DNA of 64,000 nt from Anaeromyxobacter sp. (GCA_049840735.1 JASGJN010000022.1:896001-960000); one strand, 5' to 3'; numbered from the stretch's first letter, positions 20,453 through 31,635 are shown. Made by a program: numbers and translations. The notes: generated from the letters alone by a model not told the origin.

Positions 20453-23400
20453 ATGAGAATACGGCACGAATTTATGGGGATAAGGTCAACGGTAGGGTTT
20501 GGGTTATTGGCGGCCATCGTTGGTTGTAACGAGTCACCGCGGAACTCGGAGAAGAACGTGACAGCGAGTGAAGCTGCGGTGACGCAGCTGCGATCCTCGA
20601 GCCCTGCGGCGAAGATGACGCTGGCCAAAGGTCGCGTGCAGCGGGTTCATGGTCCAAATCTGGCAACGGGGGCGACGCCGCGTGACAGCAGCGAGCGATT
20701 TCGGTCCAATCACGCTGCGGCGTTCGGAATCGCACCCGAGGATCTGAGCGTCCTTACGCCGAAAACTGCGACCGCACTCGCCGATTCGGGTCTAGGGCTC
20801 ATGTATGACAAAGCCACGGGGCGATATAAGTATCGATTGTATCGCTATGGACAAACCGCCGACGGTTTGCGCGTTGCGGGTGGCGAATTACGCACATTGG
20901 TCCGGGAGGGGGGCCAAAATCCCGTCGTTTGGGCCAAGTCTACCGTTCGGCATTTTCAGACACCCTTCATGGCCCGTCACATCGCGTCTCGCTCTCCAGA
21001 GCTCGACAAGACGCTCGCGGCCGTGCAGCGGGCGTGGCAGCTCCATCCGCGACAAGAACCTGCGCCACGGCAGATTGCCGTGAACGGTCCGGTCGAGCGC
21101 GTCGTTTTTGCTGGCACGGACGCCAAAGCCCGTGAGCCCGTCGCCGCAATCGAGTATCAAGTGACGTCGCGGTCCCCAGAGAGCTCGTGGACGGTGATCG
21201 CCGACGCGCAGTCGGGCGACGTGCTCGATATCGAGAACAACGATGCACTCGAGAACGTGAGCGGGACCATTCGAGGATGGGCTACTCCGGGGTCACGTGC
21301 GATGGACTGCGACGCGGAGCTCCTCACCAATTTGCCCTACGCGCAGGTGACCAACTCGACCTTGGGAACCTTTCACGCCGATGCAATGGGCTCATTCAGC
21401 GTCACCAATTCGGGAACCGAGGCGCTCGTACTGAGCTCTCCGGTGGGTGGGCAGTACTTCGACGTTACAGACTATGCCGGGCAAAACGAGACCTTGTTTC
21501 AGACCGTGGTTCCTCCGGGGCTAGCAGACTTTCTGCACAATCCGCTCAATGCAACCGATGCGCTTCGCGCCCAGTCGAACGCCTACGTGCACGCCAACGA
21601 GGTGCGCGACTTCCTCCTGTCGTTCGTACCGAATTATCCGACGATCTCGACGCAACAGAACTTCCCCATCGTCGTCAATCGGACGGACTCCTACTGTCCT
21701 GGTAACGCCTGGTACAGCAGCGCCGGGCCGTCGATGAACTTTTGCGTTAGCTCCGCGACCTACGGAAATACTGCCTTTGGGAACGTCATCCATCACGAGT
21801 ACGGTCACCACATCGTCAATGCAGGTGGTAGCGGTCAGGGGGCTTATGGCGAAGGCATGGGCGACGTCGTCGCGGTGCTGCTCAGCGACGATCCGGGGCT
21901 GGGTTACGGTTTTTACCTGAACAACTGTACGACGCCCCTTCGTAATGCCGACAACGACTGTCAGTATTCCGCAACGAGCTGTTCATCTTGCGGTTCGGAG
22001 TCCCACGCCTGTGGGCGACTCCTCTCTGGAATCGCGTGGGATATCCGCAACGCTCTCATGGCCGTCGATCCGACGAACTACCGGAACGTCCTTGCGGCTT
22101 TGTTCCTCAATTCTGTGCCAATGCACACGGGTACCGCAATCGACGAAAGTATCGCCGAGGACCTACTCACCCTAGACGACAACGACGGGGACCTGAACAA
22201 CGGCTCTCCCCATTACCAGCAGATCTGCGCGGGATTTGCCGCACATGGGCTCAGCTGTCCTCCGGTTTCCGTTGGGCTCGGAGTCTCCCCAGACACAGAG
22301 GTACATTTCGAAGGGCCCACGGGCGGCCCGTTCACACCCGCGACTTCGACGTTCCAAGTCACCAACTACGGTCCGGATGCGACACTTGCATATTCCGTAC
22401 AAGTGCCGGCCAATGCGTCCTGGTTGACCGTGGCGAATCCCACTGGCGAGATCCCTCTCGGTCAGACCGTCACCGTCACTGCGGCCATCGACCAGGCCGT
22501 GGCGAGCCAGCTGCCGAATGGTGCTTATGACGCCCAACTGAACTTCGTCAACACGACGAACGGGGTGGGCAACGAGGCGCATTCGGTTCGTCTCCAGGTG
22601 GGGCAACCCGCTACGGTCTTTTCGGAGGACTTCTCCACGGGCCTAGGCAAATTCACTCTCGATGGCAGCACCGGAAACTACTGGCACGTGACCTCCGCCT
22701 GCCGCGACTCGCTCACCGGTCATAGCGTGCCCGGGAGTCTCTACTTCGGGAGCGATTCGACGTGCACCTTCGCGTTGGGTGATGTGTCCGGATCGGTGAC
22801 TTCCTCGGAGATCTCGATTCTCGGATACCTCGCTTGCAAAACTGGAATTCAACTACTACCTGGTGACCGAGAACTCGAGCACCTTCGACGTTGCCTCCGC
22901 GCAAATCTCCGTCAACGGTGGAGCCTACCAGGTCGTTGCAAGCAACAACAAGGGCGGTTTCGACCTCGCGGACGGCGTGACGACGTGGCAAAAGGTGTCC
23001 GTAGATCTGTCGACGTTTCTCGGCGGGCTGTCGTCCGCAAAGATCCGCGTGCGATTCTTCTTCGACACCATCGACTCGATTGCGAACGGTTACGCGGGGT
23101 TTTACGTCGACGACGTGGTGGTGTCTGCGATGCCAACCGCTTGTACGAGTGACGCACAATGCGACGATGGGCTCGTCTGCAATGGCGTCGAGCAGTGCAG
23201 TAATGGTGGGTGCGTCGCGGGGACGGCCGTGGTGTGCGACGATGGCATCGGCTGCACCGTGGATGCTTGCAGCGAAACCCTGGGCTGCATTGGCTCCCCC
23301 AACGATGCAGCATGCTCGGACGGGGCCGCCTGTAACGGCAAGGAGACGTGTAGCGCCACGTTGGGCTGCATCGCGGGCGCAGCGCTCGATTGCAACGACG

Positions 23401-24122
23401 GAAGCGTGTGTACGACCGACACCTGTGTGGAGCCCCTCGGCTGTCAACATACTCAGGTGACGTGTAGTGACGGCAATGCGTGCACCGCGGATAGCTGCAA
23501 TGTAACGACGGGTTGTCAGCATACGACGTCAAATTGCAATGACGGCAATGCGTGCACCGTAGATACCTGCGATGTCGTTCAAGGATGTAAGTCGGTCGCC
23601 GTCGATTGCAGCGATGGTGACGCATGTACGACCGACACCTGCGACGTCAACATGGGGTGCGCTCATACGCCGACCTCCTGTGACGATGGCAATCCATGTA
23701 CCGTAGATAGTTGCAATTCGAGTTCGGGTTGTTCCCACGTCGCCGCGGCAAATGGACTGAGTTGCACCGACGACGGTAATCCTTGCACGTCGGACGTTTG
23801 CTCTGCCGGGCTCTGCACTCACCCTGCGAGTGGCACTTGTGGTGCCAATCCTTGCTCCGGATTCTGCCAGAACCCAGTGACGTTTTCGGGAACCTTCCAG
23901 TCCGGCAACCTCGGCACGGGCGCAACCTGTCACGAAACCAAGGGCACCATCAACGGTGGCAATTGCGGTAACTTCGCCAGCGGACGGATCCTGACGGTCA
24001 ATGGGCAGACCATGCCTTGCAACAACGGTAATTGGTCCGCGCTCCCGGCCAGAGTCAATGGCGGCTACTGCGTTCAGACGACGGCCGGTAACTATTCGTG
24101 GGCGTACTTCGTGACTTGGTGA
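20453..24122 (+). CDS. Secreted M4/M36-like zinc metalloprotease with Ig-like, beta-sandwich and Cys-rich repeat domains (frameshift about 22825)
   Basis: GGAGG + ATG; lipobox AIVGC; propeptide; NAWY, HEYGH (HExxH) and GEGMGD; many CxDGNxCTxDxC repeats in the second frame. Confidence 0.85.
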
Positions 24123-24347
24123 ACGTCTGTCGATGATTAGAGGCGTTCCACGCGCGAGCTGCGTGCTTGGTCGCCCAGGGTAACGCCTTTCGATGGCATG
24201 CGCCGTGTCATCGAAAGGCGTTTTTTTGCAACGACTCAGGACGTCGGCTCGTGCATTCGAGCGAGTCGCGTCGTGGACGCCGAGTTCGGAGTCGTCAGGG
24301 CGTCGAGCCTCAGGTGCACTCCGTGGCGGTGAGCGAACTGGTGCGTT

Positions 24348-25634
24348 CTAGAATAGGACTCGGGCCCACGCCGTCGCAATGACCGAGATCCCACTGACGA
24401 GCGTGATGCGACTTGCAAGGGCGCGCCCCGGCGTCGTTCGTTGCCGTGCCACGACGTGTTTGGTCAAACGCATTGACCACGCCGCACCGACAAAAAAAAG
24501 AACCATGCGGACCGTCGCCCCGGTCGTGTCGGAGGCACCGAGACGACTCAGCACTTCGAATGTCGGGTGACTCAACCCGAGGAATAGTGAGAAGAGACTG
24601 ATGGGCGTGTAGACGTAGCCGAGCTGCACGAATGAATCCGTGGTGCGCGGAGCGTCGAGCAACCAGGCGGCGAGCAGCGTGACGATGCCGAGCGCGGCTA
24701 CCGCCGCAAAAGTCGACGCCAAGAGGAGCGCGACGAGTTTCACCCCGTAAAGTTCGAGTCGCTCCCCGAGGAATACCCCAATCGGAAGTCCAATCGCGCC
24801 GCCGAATAGGAAAATCACCTCGGACAAGAGTGGCTCTGCACTGTCGATGCGGTTGAGCTCCTCACCGGGCGCTCGAAATCCGAGATGAATCGCGTCGTGG
24901 TGACCCGCGCAACGGAAGCACATGAGGCAGGAGCGATTCGTCGTGAGGACTGGCAGGTGGATTCCGACTGGACACGGACCTTTCGTTTCCGACGCGTCGA
25001 CCGCGCAGCGCGCTCGCAAGCGCTGTCGATCGACCGCGAAGTGGAGCGAGCCAAGGCGCGAAAACACGCCAAAGAGAAGGCTTACCGGACAAAGATACCG
25101 GCACCAAGACCAGAGTCGCTGCGAATAGATCCAGGCTGTTGCCGCTGCGGCGAGAGACGAGCCTCCGAGCACGATGAGTTGACCCCGGGCATCCTCGTCC
25201 ACTTCGAGCAGCTGTCCGACGATCGTGATACCGAGGAACGACAGCAGCGGCACACCTCCGAATCGCATCCACTTCGGAACGGGACGGTTGCCGCCTTTCG
25301 GAGCGAGCCACCGAACGATGGTGCCTTCCGGGCAGAGCAAACCGCACCAAATGCGGCCAAACACGACCAGAGAGAGAACGACGAATGGCCACCAGAGTCC
25401 CCAGATGAGGAAACGACTCAAACTCACGAAATCGGACAGGGGCAGTGCGTCTCCCTGCGACGCGGGCAGCATCACGGGAATGACGATGAGGGCCAGGTAG
25501 ATAGCGACCATGCCCCATTGCACGCGGCGAACGAGCGTTGGCCGACGTAGGACCATCTGCTCGAATCGGGCCAGCGGTCCCCGTCCATCGCCTGGCGATT
25601 GCTGGGTCGAGAAGAGATGGAAGTTGAAAGTCAT
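24348..25634 (-). CDS. Polytopic membrane 4Fe-4S binding protein (FtrD/NapH/YccM-like)
   Basis: GRIWCGLLCPEG, WCRYLCPV, CPVGI...CLMCFRC and several TM segments. Confidence 0.82.
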   Translation of the reverse strand: MTFNFHLFSTQQSPGDGRGPLARFEQMVLRRPTLVRRVQWGMVAIYLALIVIPVMLPASQGDALPLSDFVSLSRFLIWGLWWPFVVLSLVVFGRIWCGLLCPEGTIVRWLAPKGGNRPVPKWMRFGGVPLLSFLGITIVGQLLEVDEDARGQLIVLGGSSLAAAATAWIYSQRLWSWCRYLCPVSLLFGVFSRLGSLHFAVDRQRLRARCAVDASETKGPCPVGIHLPVLTTNRSCLMCFRCAGHHDAIHLGFRAPGEELNRIDSAEPLLSEVIFLFGGAIGLPIGVFLGERLELYGVKLVALLLASTFAAVAALGIVTLLAAWLLDAPRTTDSFVQLGYVYTPISLFSLFLGLSHPTFEVLSRLGASDTTGATVRMVLFFVGAAWSMRLTKHVVARQRTTPGRALASRITLVSGISVIATAWARVLF

Positions 25635-25961
25635 TTTCGCTGGCCCGGCATAACTCAAGGGGCGGACCCTCGCCAGCGGATACTCCTTTCTCGGATCGGC
25701 GAGGCCGGCACCCGACTCGGACGCGCGATTGCGCCGTTTCGAGAGCGCCTGCGCGCCGCCCGTGCGCCGCCCGCCTTTGTCGTCCGGAACCTGGCACTCA
25801 CCAGATGGGCGCGACGTGCATCGAGCGCGTACGCGCGAGGTCGGGAGCCGCGAGCACGCTGATGTTGGTGCGAGCACAGCGAGATTAGCGGTCTAGCTCA
25901 GCGAGCACGTACGCGAGCCGAGGGCAAGAGCGGCTCGCGAATCGGTGCGTTTGCGGCGAGA

Positions 25962-26669
25962 TCAGTGGGCTGGCACAGCCGGCGGGGGATCGCACTTGAG
26001 CACGCCATCCGAATTGGAAATCGAACCAGGCGTGCAGGTCTGGAGCGTCATGGAGCTCGGGGTCGTGCTCGGCGCGCAGGTGCATGTCAACGTGGGCTGC
26101 GGATCGCAGGCCATTGCGCATTGTCCGCAGGACAGTGCATAAGATCCGTTCGGGTATTGGCACGGGCTCGGATCGGCGGGGCCCTTGCTGCAGGTCAAGA
26201 CGCCGCTCTCGTTCGTGAGCTGCGCGCAACCGAGCGGGTTCATACGCAGCGGCTGTTCTTGCTTCTTCCACTGGCCGTCGGGTGAAGCGCATTCGCATTC
26301 CACCGTCACCTGGGCATTGTCGCGGTGCATGACGCAGTTGCGGCAGGAGTTTGCGTAATTGCCTTTAGGCAAGGCCGTGCATGCGAGCGCCCGATCGAGG
26401 ACCGACACGTATCCACAAGGCAGATCGAGCGAGCTTTGCAGGCCCTCGCAGACGCAAGTGAGCCGATTGTTCCTGATCGAGCAAGCCTTACATCGCGAAC
26501 GAAAATCCCCATCTAGAGCGCTCACTCGCGTGGAGCGTTTGGCCTTGGATTCCGCCCGTGCAGCTGTGCGCTCGGCACCGCCAAGCCACCGTCTGACCTT
26601 GCTGCATCCCGCGGTCTGCGTCAGGACTACGCCGACGAACAACCCGAAAAACCACGCGTTTCGACCCAT
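25962..26669 (-). CDS. Lipoprotein with three cyanovirin-N (CVNH)-like repeats
   Basis: Lipobox TAGC; three units GxY/FxxxCxxC...L/VxCxC...NxxGxLxC. Confidence 0.7.
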   Translation of the reverse strand: MGRNAWFFGLFVGVVLTQTAGCSKVRRWLGGAERTAARAESKAKRSTRVSALDGDFRSRCKACSIRNNRLTCVCEGLQSSLDLPCGYVSVLDRALACTALPKGNYANSCRNCVMHRDNAQVTVECECASPDGQWKKQEQPLRMNPLGCAQLTNESGVLTCSKGPADPSPCQYPNGSYALSCGQCAMACDPQPTLTCTCAPSTTPSSMTLQTCTPGSISNSDGVLKCDPPPAVPAH

Positions 26670-27543
26670 TGCGATCTACCGTTTCTCTTGAGTCTCGGCG
26701 ACGGCTTCTCGTCGCGAGACCTAGCGGACCAATCCCGTCGACCGCCCGTACCACAGGTCACTCTTGTCGCAAAGAGCAAAATGGTCACGGTCTGGCAGAT
26801 GCGTGGGCCAGCTCCACTCACGTCGGCCCGTCGACGTTCGTTGCGCTGCGGTGATTCGTGTTCGGGCGTCCAGAGACATTCGTCTGGCGAGGCTGCGGTA
26901 GGGCCTTCTCGATGCGACCGAGCGCGGGGAGTGGAGCCATTCGTTTGGCGTGTTTGCCATCCTGGATTCGAGTGCCGGTTCGTTTGCGGCTCGTCGTCGA
27001 ATTGGATGAAGTGTTCTGGGCCACGGAGAACGTTCCGTGAGGCGATGCTGGTGAGCCACGCCGACTCCTTGCGATTCGTTAAGGCGAGTTGGGGTTATGC
27101 CTCGAACGAGGCGGCCAGGGGCACGCGTCGATAGCGTTCGCGAATCGAACTCTGCGCATGGGGGCTGGTGTGAGCTGCGTGACAACGTTGATTCCTCGGT
27201 TGGCGGCATCGATGGCGTTGGTCTCACGCGCTCCACGGAGGTTCAGCAGACGCGGCGCGGGCGAATTTCGCACCTGACTGCATGTGGCTCGATGTCCGGA
27301 GGATGCACAAACAGTGCAAGCTGCCGTGCTCTGGTGCACAACTTGTGTAACGAACGCCGTGTGGTTCCTGCCAAAACCACATCGGGGTACCTAAATCTGC
27401 AGCTGCTCGTCACGACGGAAGCCAGGCGCGCTCACCCGCTGTATCGTTAGGGCCAACGCGTCGAGTGGGCGATGGTTTGCACACTTGCCGTTGCATCCAG
27501 CGAGCGACATTCGCTCCTTAGGTCAGTGGAGAATCCCAGCGAT

Positions 27544-29430
27544 ATGCGAGAACGAGCCTTGCAACTCTCGAGCCTGTCCACGGTCTTCGTGATGATTCCG
27601 TTCGTCCTGACGGTCGCCTGCAGTGGCAGTGATGGCAATGGAAATGCGCCAGCGTCGAAGGGCGGCGCCGGTGGTCAAGGCGACGGTGGTGCGCCTAACG
27701 GAGGGAGCACGAGCCTCGATACGCACGTTGGCGGCTCGACGACGTTGCAGAGCGGAGGCACGTCGAACGGCGGAAACTCCGGGATGGGGGGTGCCTCATC
27801 CCAAGGTGGAAGCGCCGCAGCCGGCGAGACCGCGCAGGCTGGCACGACCAGCACCGGTGGCACGAGCGCGCAGGGCGGCACGAGCGCGCAGGGCGGCACG
27901 AGCGCGCAGGGCGGTACGAGCGCGCAGGGCGGTACGAGCGCGCAGGGCGGTACGAGCGCGCAGGGCGGCACGAGCGCGCAGGGCGGCACGAGCGCGCAGG
28001 GCGGCACGAGCGCGCAGGGCGGCACGAGCGCGCAGGGCGGCACGACGTCGACCACCACTACCGTCGCTTGTACGACGCCGTCGCCTCGCTTGAGCAATTT
28101 CTTCGAAGACAAAGTAGCGCTTTCGGGACTCACGGTCGTTTCCTACGGCGGCTATCTCAATGGTGAGTCTTTCCAACAGGATGGCATGCTCTCCTTCAAT
28201 GGTTATCAGTATGCCTCCTTCTGGAACACCGATGGCAACGTCGTGCTCGCGAAACGTGTTCTTTCGACCGATCCGACGAAAGTAGACGGTGCATGGCAGA
28301 AGATCGAACCCATCGCCAACAATGGCTATGTGAACACCTCCAACGACGCTCATAATACGATTTCCTTGGGAGTTAGTCCCAAAGACGGAGTGCTGCATCT
28401 CGCCATCGACCATCACATCAGCTCGCTGCACTACCTTACCTCGACGACCGGGCTGGTTACGAATCCCGAAAGCTCCGTATGGGCAGCGTCCAGCTTCTCC
28501 ACCGTAACGAACACGTTGGTTACCGGTGAAACCGTCGATCAGTTGACCTATCCGAGGTTTCTCACGGAGCCTAGCGGCGACAAGATGCTCTTCAGTGCGC
28601 GCATTGGTACCAGCGGTGCCGGCGACGAATACCTCTGGGAGTACGATGCGAATTCCCGAACCTGGAGCGATATGGGCATGTACCTCTGGGGGACGAGTTC
28701 GACGACGAGTTCAGCGAACGCTTACTTACACGGCCTTGCTTACACGAGAGGCGGAACGCGCTTGCATGCGGCCTGGTGTTGGCGTGAAACGCCCGATCCG
28801 ATCACCAATCACGACCTGTATTACGCGTATAGTGATGACAACGGCCGCACGTGGCGTGACAACGCTGGAACGGTCGTTGCCGAAACGGGTAAGTCTTACG
28901 TGACGAAGGACACGGTGAGTGCTCGGGTTTGGAGCATTCCGCAGGATCGAGGGCTCATCAACCAAGAGCACATGGTCGTCGATTCCCTGGGGCGAGTTCA
29001 CGTGCTGCTGTCCCACGTGCCGGACGGAGTGGCCACCACGGTTGGGAACTTCACGACTCAACGCACGCAGAGCCAGTATTTTCACTACATGCGTGACACC
29101 GACGGCACTTGGAAACGGAGTTCCATCGCGAACACTCCCGTTATGTTGAACTTCCGAGGAAAGCTCGCGATTTCCTCGTCGAACAACGTCTACGCCATCT
29201 TGCCTATCCCATCCCCGACGAACTCGGCCGATCCGGCACTGCGGATCTTGGGTGCATCGCCCTGCGACCAATACGCGAAATGGACCGTGTTGACGACGAA
29301 CACGACGCGCGCCTACTTCTCGGATCCGCTCGTCGATACGTCTCGGCTCGCGACGTCCAACGAGCTTACGGTTTACTATCCGCAGAAGTCGTCTCCCAAT
29401 ATTTGGAATCTGGACTGGACTCTCGACTAG
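27544..29430 (+). CDS. BNR_4-family beta-propeller lipoprotein with G/T/S tether
   Basis: Lipobox TVAC; NGESFQQ, DAHNTISLG, LTYPRF, Asp-box YAYSDDNGRTW. Confidence 0.82.
   Translation: MRERALQLSSLSTVFVMIPFVLTVACSGSDGNGNAPASKGGAGGQGDGGAPNGGSTSLDTHVGGSTTLQSGGTSNGGNSGMGGASSQGGSAAAGETAQAGTTSTGGTSAQGGTSAQGGTSAQGGTSAQGGTSAQGGTSAQGGTSAQGGTSAQGGTSAQGGTSAQGGTTSTTTTVACTTPSPRLSNFFEDKVALSGLTVVSYGGYLNGESFQQDGMLSFNGYQYASFWNTDGNVVLAKRVLSTDPTKVDGAWQKIEPIANNGYVNTSNDAHNTISLGVSPKDGVLHLAIDHHISSLHYLTSTTGLVTNPESSVWAASSFSTVTNTLVTGETVDQLTYPRFLTEPSGDKMLFSARIGTSGAGDEYLWEYDANSRTWSDMGMYLWGTSSTTSSANAYLHGLAYTRGGTRLHAAWCWRETPDPITNHDLYYAYSDDNGRTWRDNAGTVVAETGKSYVTKDTVSARVWSIPQDRGLINQEHMVVDSLGRVHVLLSHVPDGVATTVGNFTTQRTQSQYFHYMRDTDGTWKRSSIANTPVMLNFRGKLAISSSNNVYAILPIPSPTNSADPALRILGASPCDQYAKWTVLTTNTTRAYFSDPLVDTSRLATSNELTVYYPQKSSPNIWNLDWTLD
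27856..28035 (+). repeat. Coding tandem repeat 10 x 18 bp (GGTSAQ)
   Basis: GG(T/C)GG(C/T)ACGAGCGCGCAG repeated 10 times. Confidence 0.95.
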
Positions 29431-29607
29431 GTCGCCATTCGACGACGCGGTGGACGCCGTTGGTGGGAGCCGCCGACGGCGTTCGAGCGTCACGCTCCCC
29501 GAGGCAATCGAATGGAGATCGCGCCATCAGTGCCAACGGGGCTCGAGCGCGTTCTAGATGGGCGTAAAAGCGTCGAGGGTGAGCGTCGAGGGGGGAGCAC
29601 CGAGCGT

Positions 29608-30165
29608 TTAGATGGGCGCAGATGGTAAGGTGAGCACCGAACTGCCGCAGTCGTTGGTCTGCGTTCTTCGAACCGACCACAGCCCTGACGGGATCGGCAC
29701 GCCATACTGTGCGTATTCACGCGGGAGTAAGTAAGTCTCGGCGGGCATGCCGTCGGCGAGTTCGATCGCCGTTCTCCGGTAATATGCGGGGTGTTCCTCG
29801 AGTTCGTCGAGACGTCGACGGATGTCGGGCCCCACTTCGAAAACCTCGCCGTGCACCGCCGACTCACCACCGGTGACCATGGCCGGATATTCTCCCAAAT
29901 CGTAGAGCGTGAATTCGGGGCGTGTCTTTGCTCGATGGAGGAACAACGCGCCGTCGAGTAAGCGGTGATTCGTGCCTCCGCGTAGCAGTGTGCCGTAAAC
30001 GAAAATTCGATGAGGCGTCGAGATTGAATGCCTCGGCGCCGTGCCGCAGAGTTCGGAACCTCGACGTTCGTGCCCCTCGGCGGCTCGGAAGCGCGGTGCG
30101 TCGATCGCGAGATCGTCTCGGCGTTTCATCGCGCGAAAGCTGCTGCGGTGTTGGCGTCGAGTCAA
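29608..30165 (-). CDS. Gamma-glutamylcyclotransferase (AIG2-like/YtfP); true start probably further downstream
   Basis: IFVYGTL, YPAM, VHGEVF, LDELE...YYRR. Confidence 0.85.
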   Translation of the reverse strand: MTRRQHRSSFRAMKRRDDLAIDAPRFRAAEGHERRGSELCGTAPRHSISTPHRIFVYGTLLRGGTNHRLLDGALFLHRAKTRPEFTLYDLGEYPAMVTGGESAVHGEVFEVGPDIRRRLDELEEHPAYYRRTAIELADGMPAETYLLPREYAQYGVPIPSGLWSVRRTQTNDCGSSVLTLPSAPI

Positions 30166-30304
30166 GGCTCGACGCTGCGGAATACGTAAGCGCGCTCGAG
30201 TATCCTGGCAGACCTCATCGGGTGCAGCGGCGCGCTCGCTCGCTCGCTTCGGCCGACCAGGGCGATTCGTTTAGCGTTCCCGCGTGTGCCGTGACCACGT
30301 TGGG

Positions 30305-30742
30305 TCAGTCGACGGTCCCGATTCCCTCTCGATTGGGACGCGGGGGTGCGGTGGCGCCGCTCGGTTCGTCCGACGGAATTGCGCAGCCCGTGTGGCACCG
30401 ACGGCATCCACAATCCGCGTCGACCAATTCGCGGCAATTCGATGTTTCTGAATCGGTGACAACGGCGCCTCCGGAAATTTGAAGCGTTCTACCGTGCACC
30501 AGCGCGTCGGCAACTTTCCTGTGCGCAGCTTCGATGATGCGTCCGAAGGTCGACCGCGAGACATTCATGCGTTCCGCGGCGCGTTCCTGATAGAGACCCT
30601 CGAGATCCGCGAGGCGGAGGGCCTCCAGTTCGTCGAGGGTCAGCATGACGAAGTTGTCGCTCTTCGGGGTGCCGTTCGCCGGACAAAAGCAAGTCGCGCC
30701 GGGACGCGCGCGCACTCGACGACAACACTGGGGACGAGGCAT
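30305..30742 (-). CDS. DUF134 (UPF0251) predicted DNA-binding protein with Cys-rich tail
   Basis: MPRPQCCRRV...LTLDELEALRLADLEGLYQERAAERMNVSRSTFGRII...RKVADALVHG...ISGG. Confidence 0.9.
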   Translation of the reverse strand: MPRPQCCRRVRARPGATCFCPANGTPKSDNFVMLTLDELEALRLADLEGLYQERAAERMNVSRSTFGRIIEAAHRKVADALVHGRTLQISGGAVVTDSETSNCRELVDADCGCRRCHTGCAIPSDEPSGATAPPRPNREGIGTVD

Positions 30743-30756
30743 GCGAAGGCCGTACC

Positions 30757-31494
30757 TTACTGGTTCGTGTTTTTGTGCCCGCCGCAACCGCAACCGTGAG
30801 AGCCGCGCTTCTCGTGCCCATCGCCGTGACAGCCGCAACCATGTCCTGCATCGTGTTGGCCGGTCTCGCCGTGACAGCCGCAACCATGTCCTGCATCGTG
30901 TTGGTGGGTCTCGCCGTGACAGCCGCAACCATGTCCGGCATCGTGTTGGTCGGTCTCGCCGTGACAGCCGCAACCATGTCCGGCATCATGTTGTTTGGTC
31001 TCGCCGTGACAGCCGCAACCATGTCCTGCATCGTGTTGGTGGGTCTCGCCGTGACAGCCGCAACCATGTCCGGCATCATGTTGTTTGGTCTCGCCGTGAC
31101 AGCCGCAACCATGTCCGGCGCCATGTTCGTGAGCGTGCTCTTCGTGGTGGTGGTGGCACTCGCAGCTCGGTTCACCTTCGTGAGATTCGAGCTCGGAAAA
31201 GTGGGTGATGACGGCAGCCAAAGCGTTGGCCACGGATTGACCTTCGCCCACGACGGCGATGGTGATCCCGAGTTCCCTGAGGTGACGTTCTGCGCCAGAT
31301 CCAAGGCCAGTGCAGATGAGTACGTCGGCGCCCTTCAGCGACTGCGCCAACGAGCGACAGCAACCGCCCTGGGACGTGATCTGTCGGGTGGTGCGGATCT
31401 CCGACTCTCCGACGTCGAGGAGAAATACGGGAAATTCGTGGCCGAAACGTTGAACGCGTTCAGATTCGGGCTGAGCAGAGATGGCGACGATCAT
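30757..31494 (-). CDS. NifB/NifX (FeMo-co binding) family protein with His/Cys-rich repeat tail
   Basis: MIVAI...RFGH...GADVLICTGLGSGAERHLRELGI pattern; 7x GHGCGCHG; adjacent to DUF134. Confidence 0.75.
   Translation of the reverse strand: MIVAISAQPESERVQRFGHEFPVFLLDVGESEIRTTRQITSQGGCCRSLAQSLKGADVLICTGLGSGAERHLRELGITIAVVGEGQSVANALAAVITHFSELESHEGEPSCECHHHHEEHAHEHGAGHGCGCHGETKQHDAGHGCGCHGETHQHDAGHGCGCHGETKQHDAGHGCGCHGETDQHDAGHGCGCHGETHQHDAGHGCGCHGETGQHDAGHGCGCHGDGHEKRGSHGCGCGGHKNTNQ
30821..31125. repeat. Coding tandem repeat about 7 x 45 bp (HDAGHGCGCHGETxQ)
   Basis: TCGCCGTGACAGCCGCAACCATGTCC recurs every 45 bp from 30821 to 31091. Confidence 0.95.
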
Positions 31495-31594
31495 GGGGCC
31501 TCTGGGGGCCAGAGTATTGAGCATATGCTCAATACTCGCAACGAATCGTTGCTTCACCGCTCCGGTTTCCTCGCCCCAACTGTGTCGGTCTGAG

Positions 31595-31615
31595 GGCCCG
31601 CCCGTTGGGCGGGCC
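31595..31615 (-). terminator. 9 bp GC stem-loop after the aldo/keto reductase gene
   Basis: GGCCCGCCC-GTT-GGGCGGGCC, 20 bp after the stop; no U-tract. Confidence 0.5.
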
Positions 31616-31635
31616 AGACGGTTCTACGCTTGGAC

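Noticed and set aside
30757..31494. Nitrogen fixation locus
   Set aside because: No nifHDK/ENB genes; NifX-like domains with DUF134 are common in non-diazotrophs.
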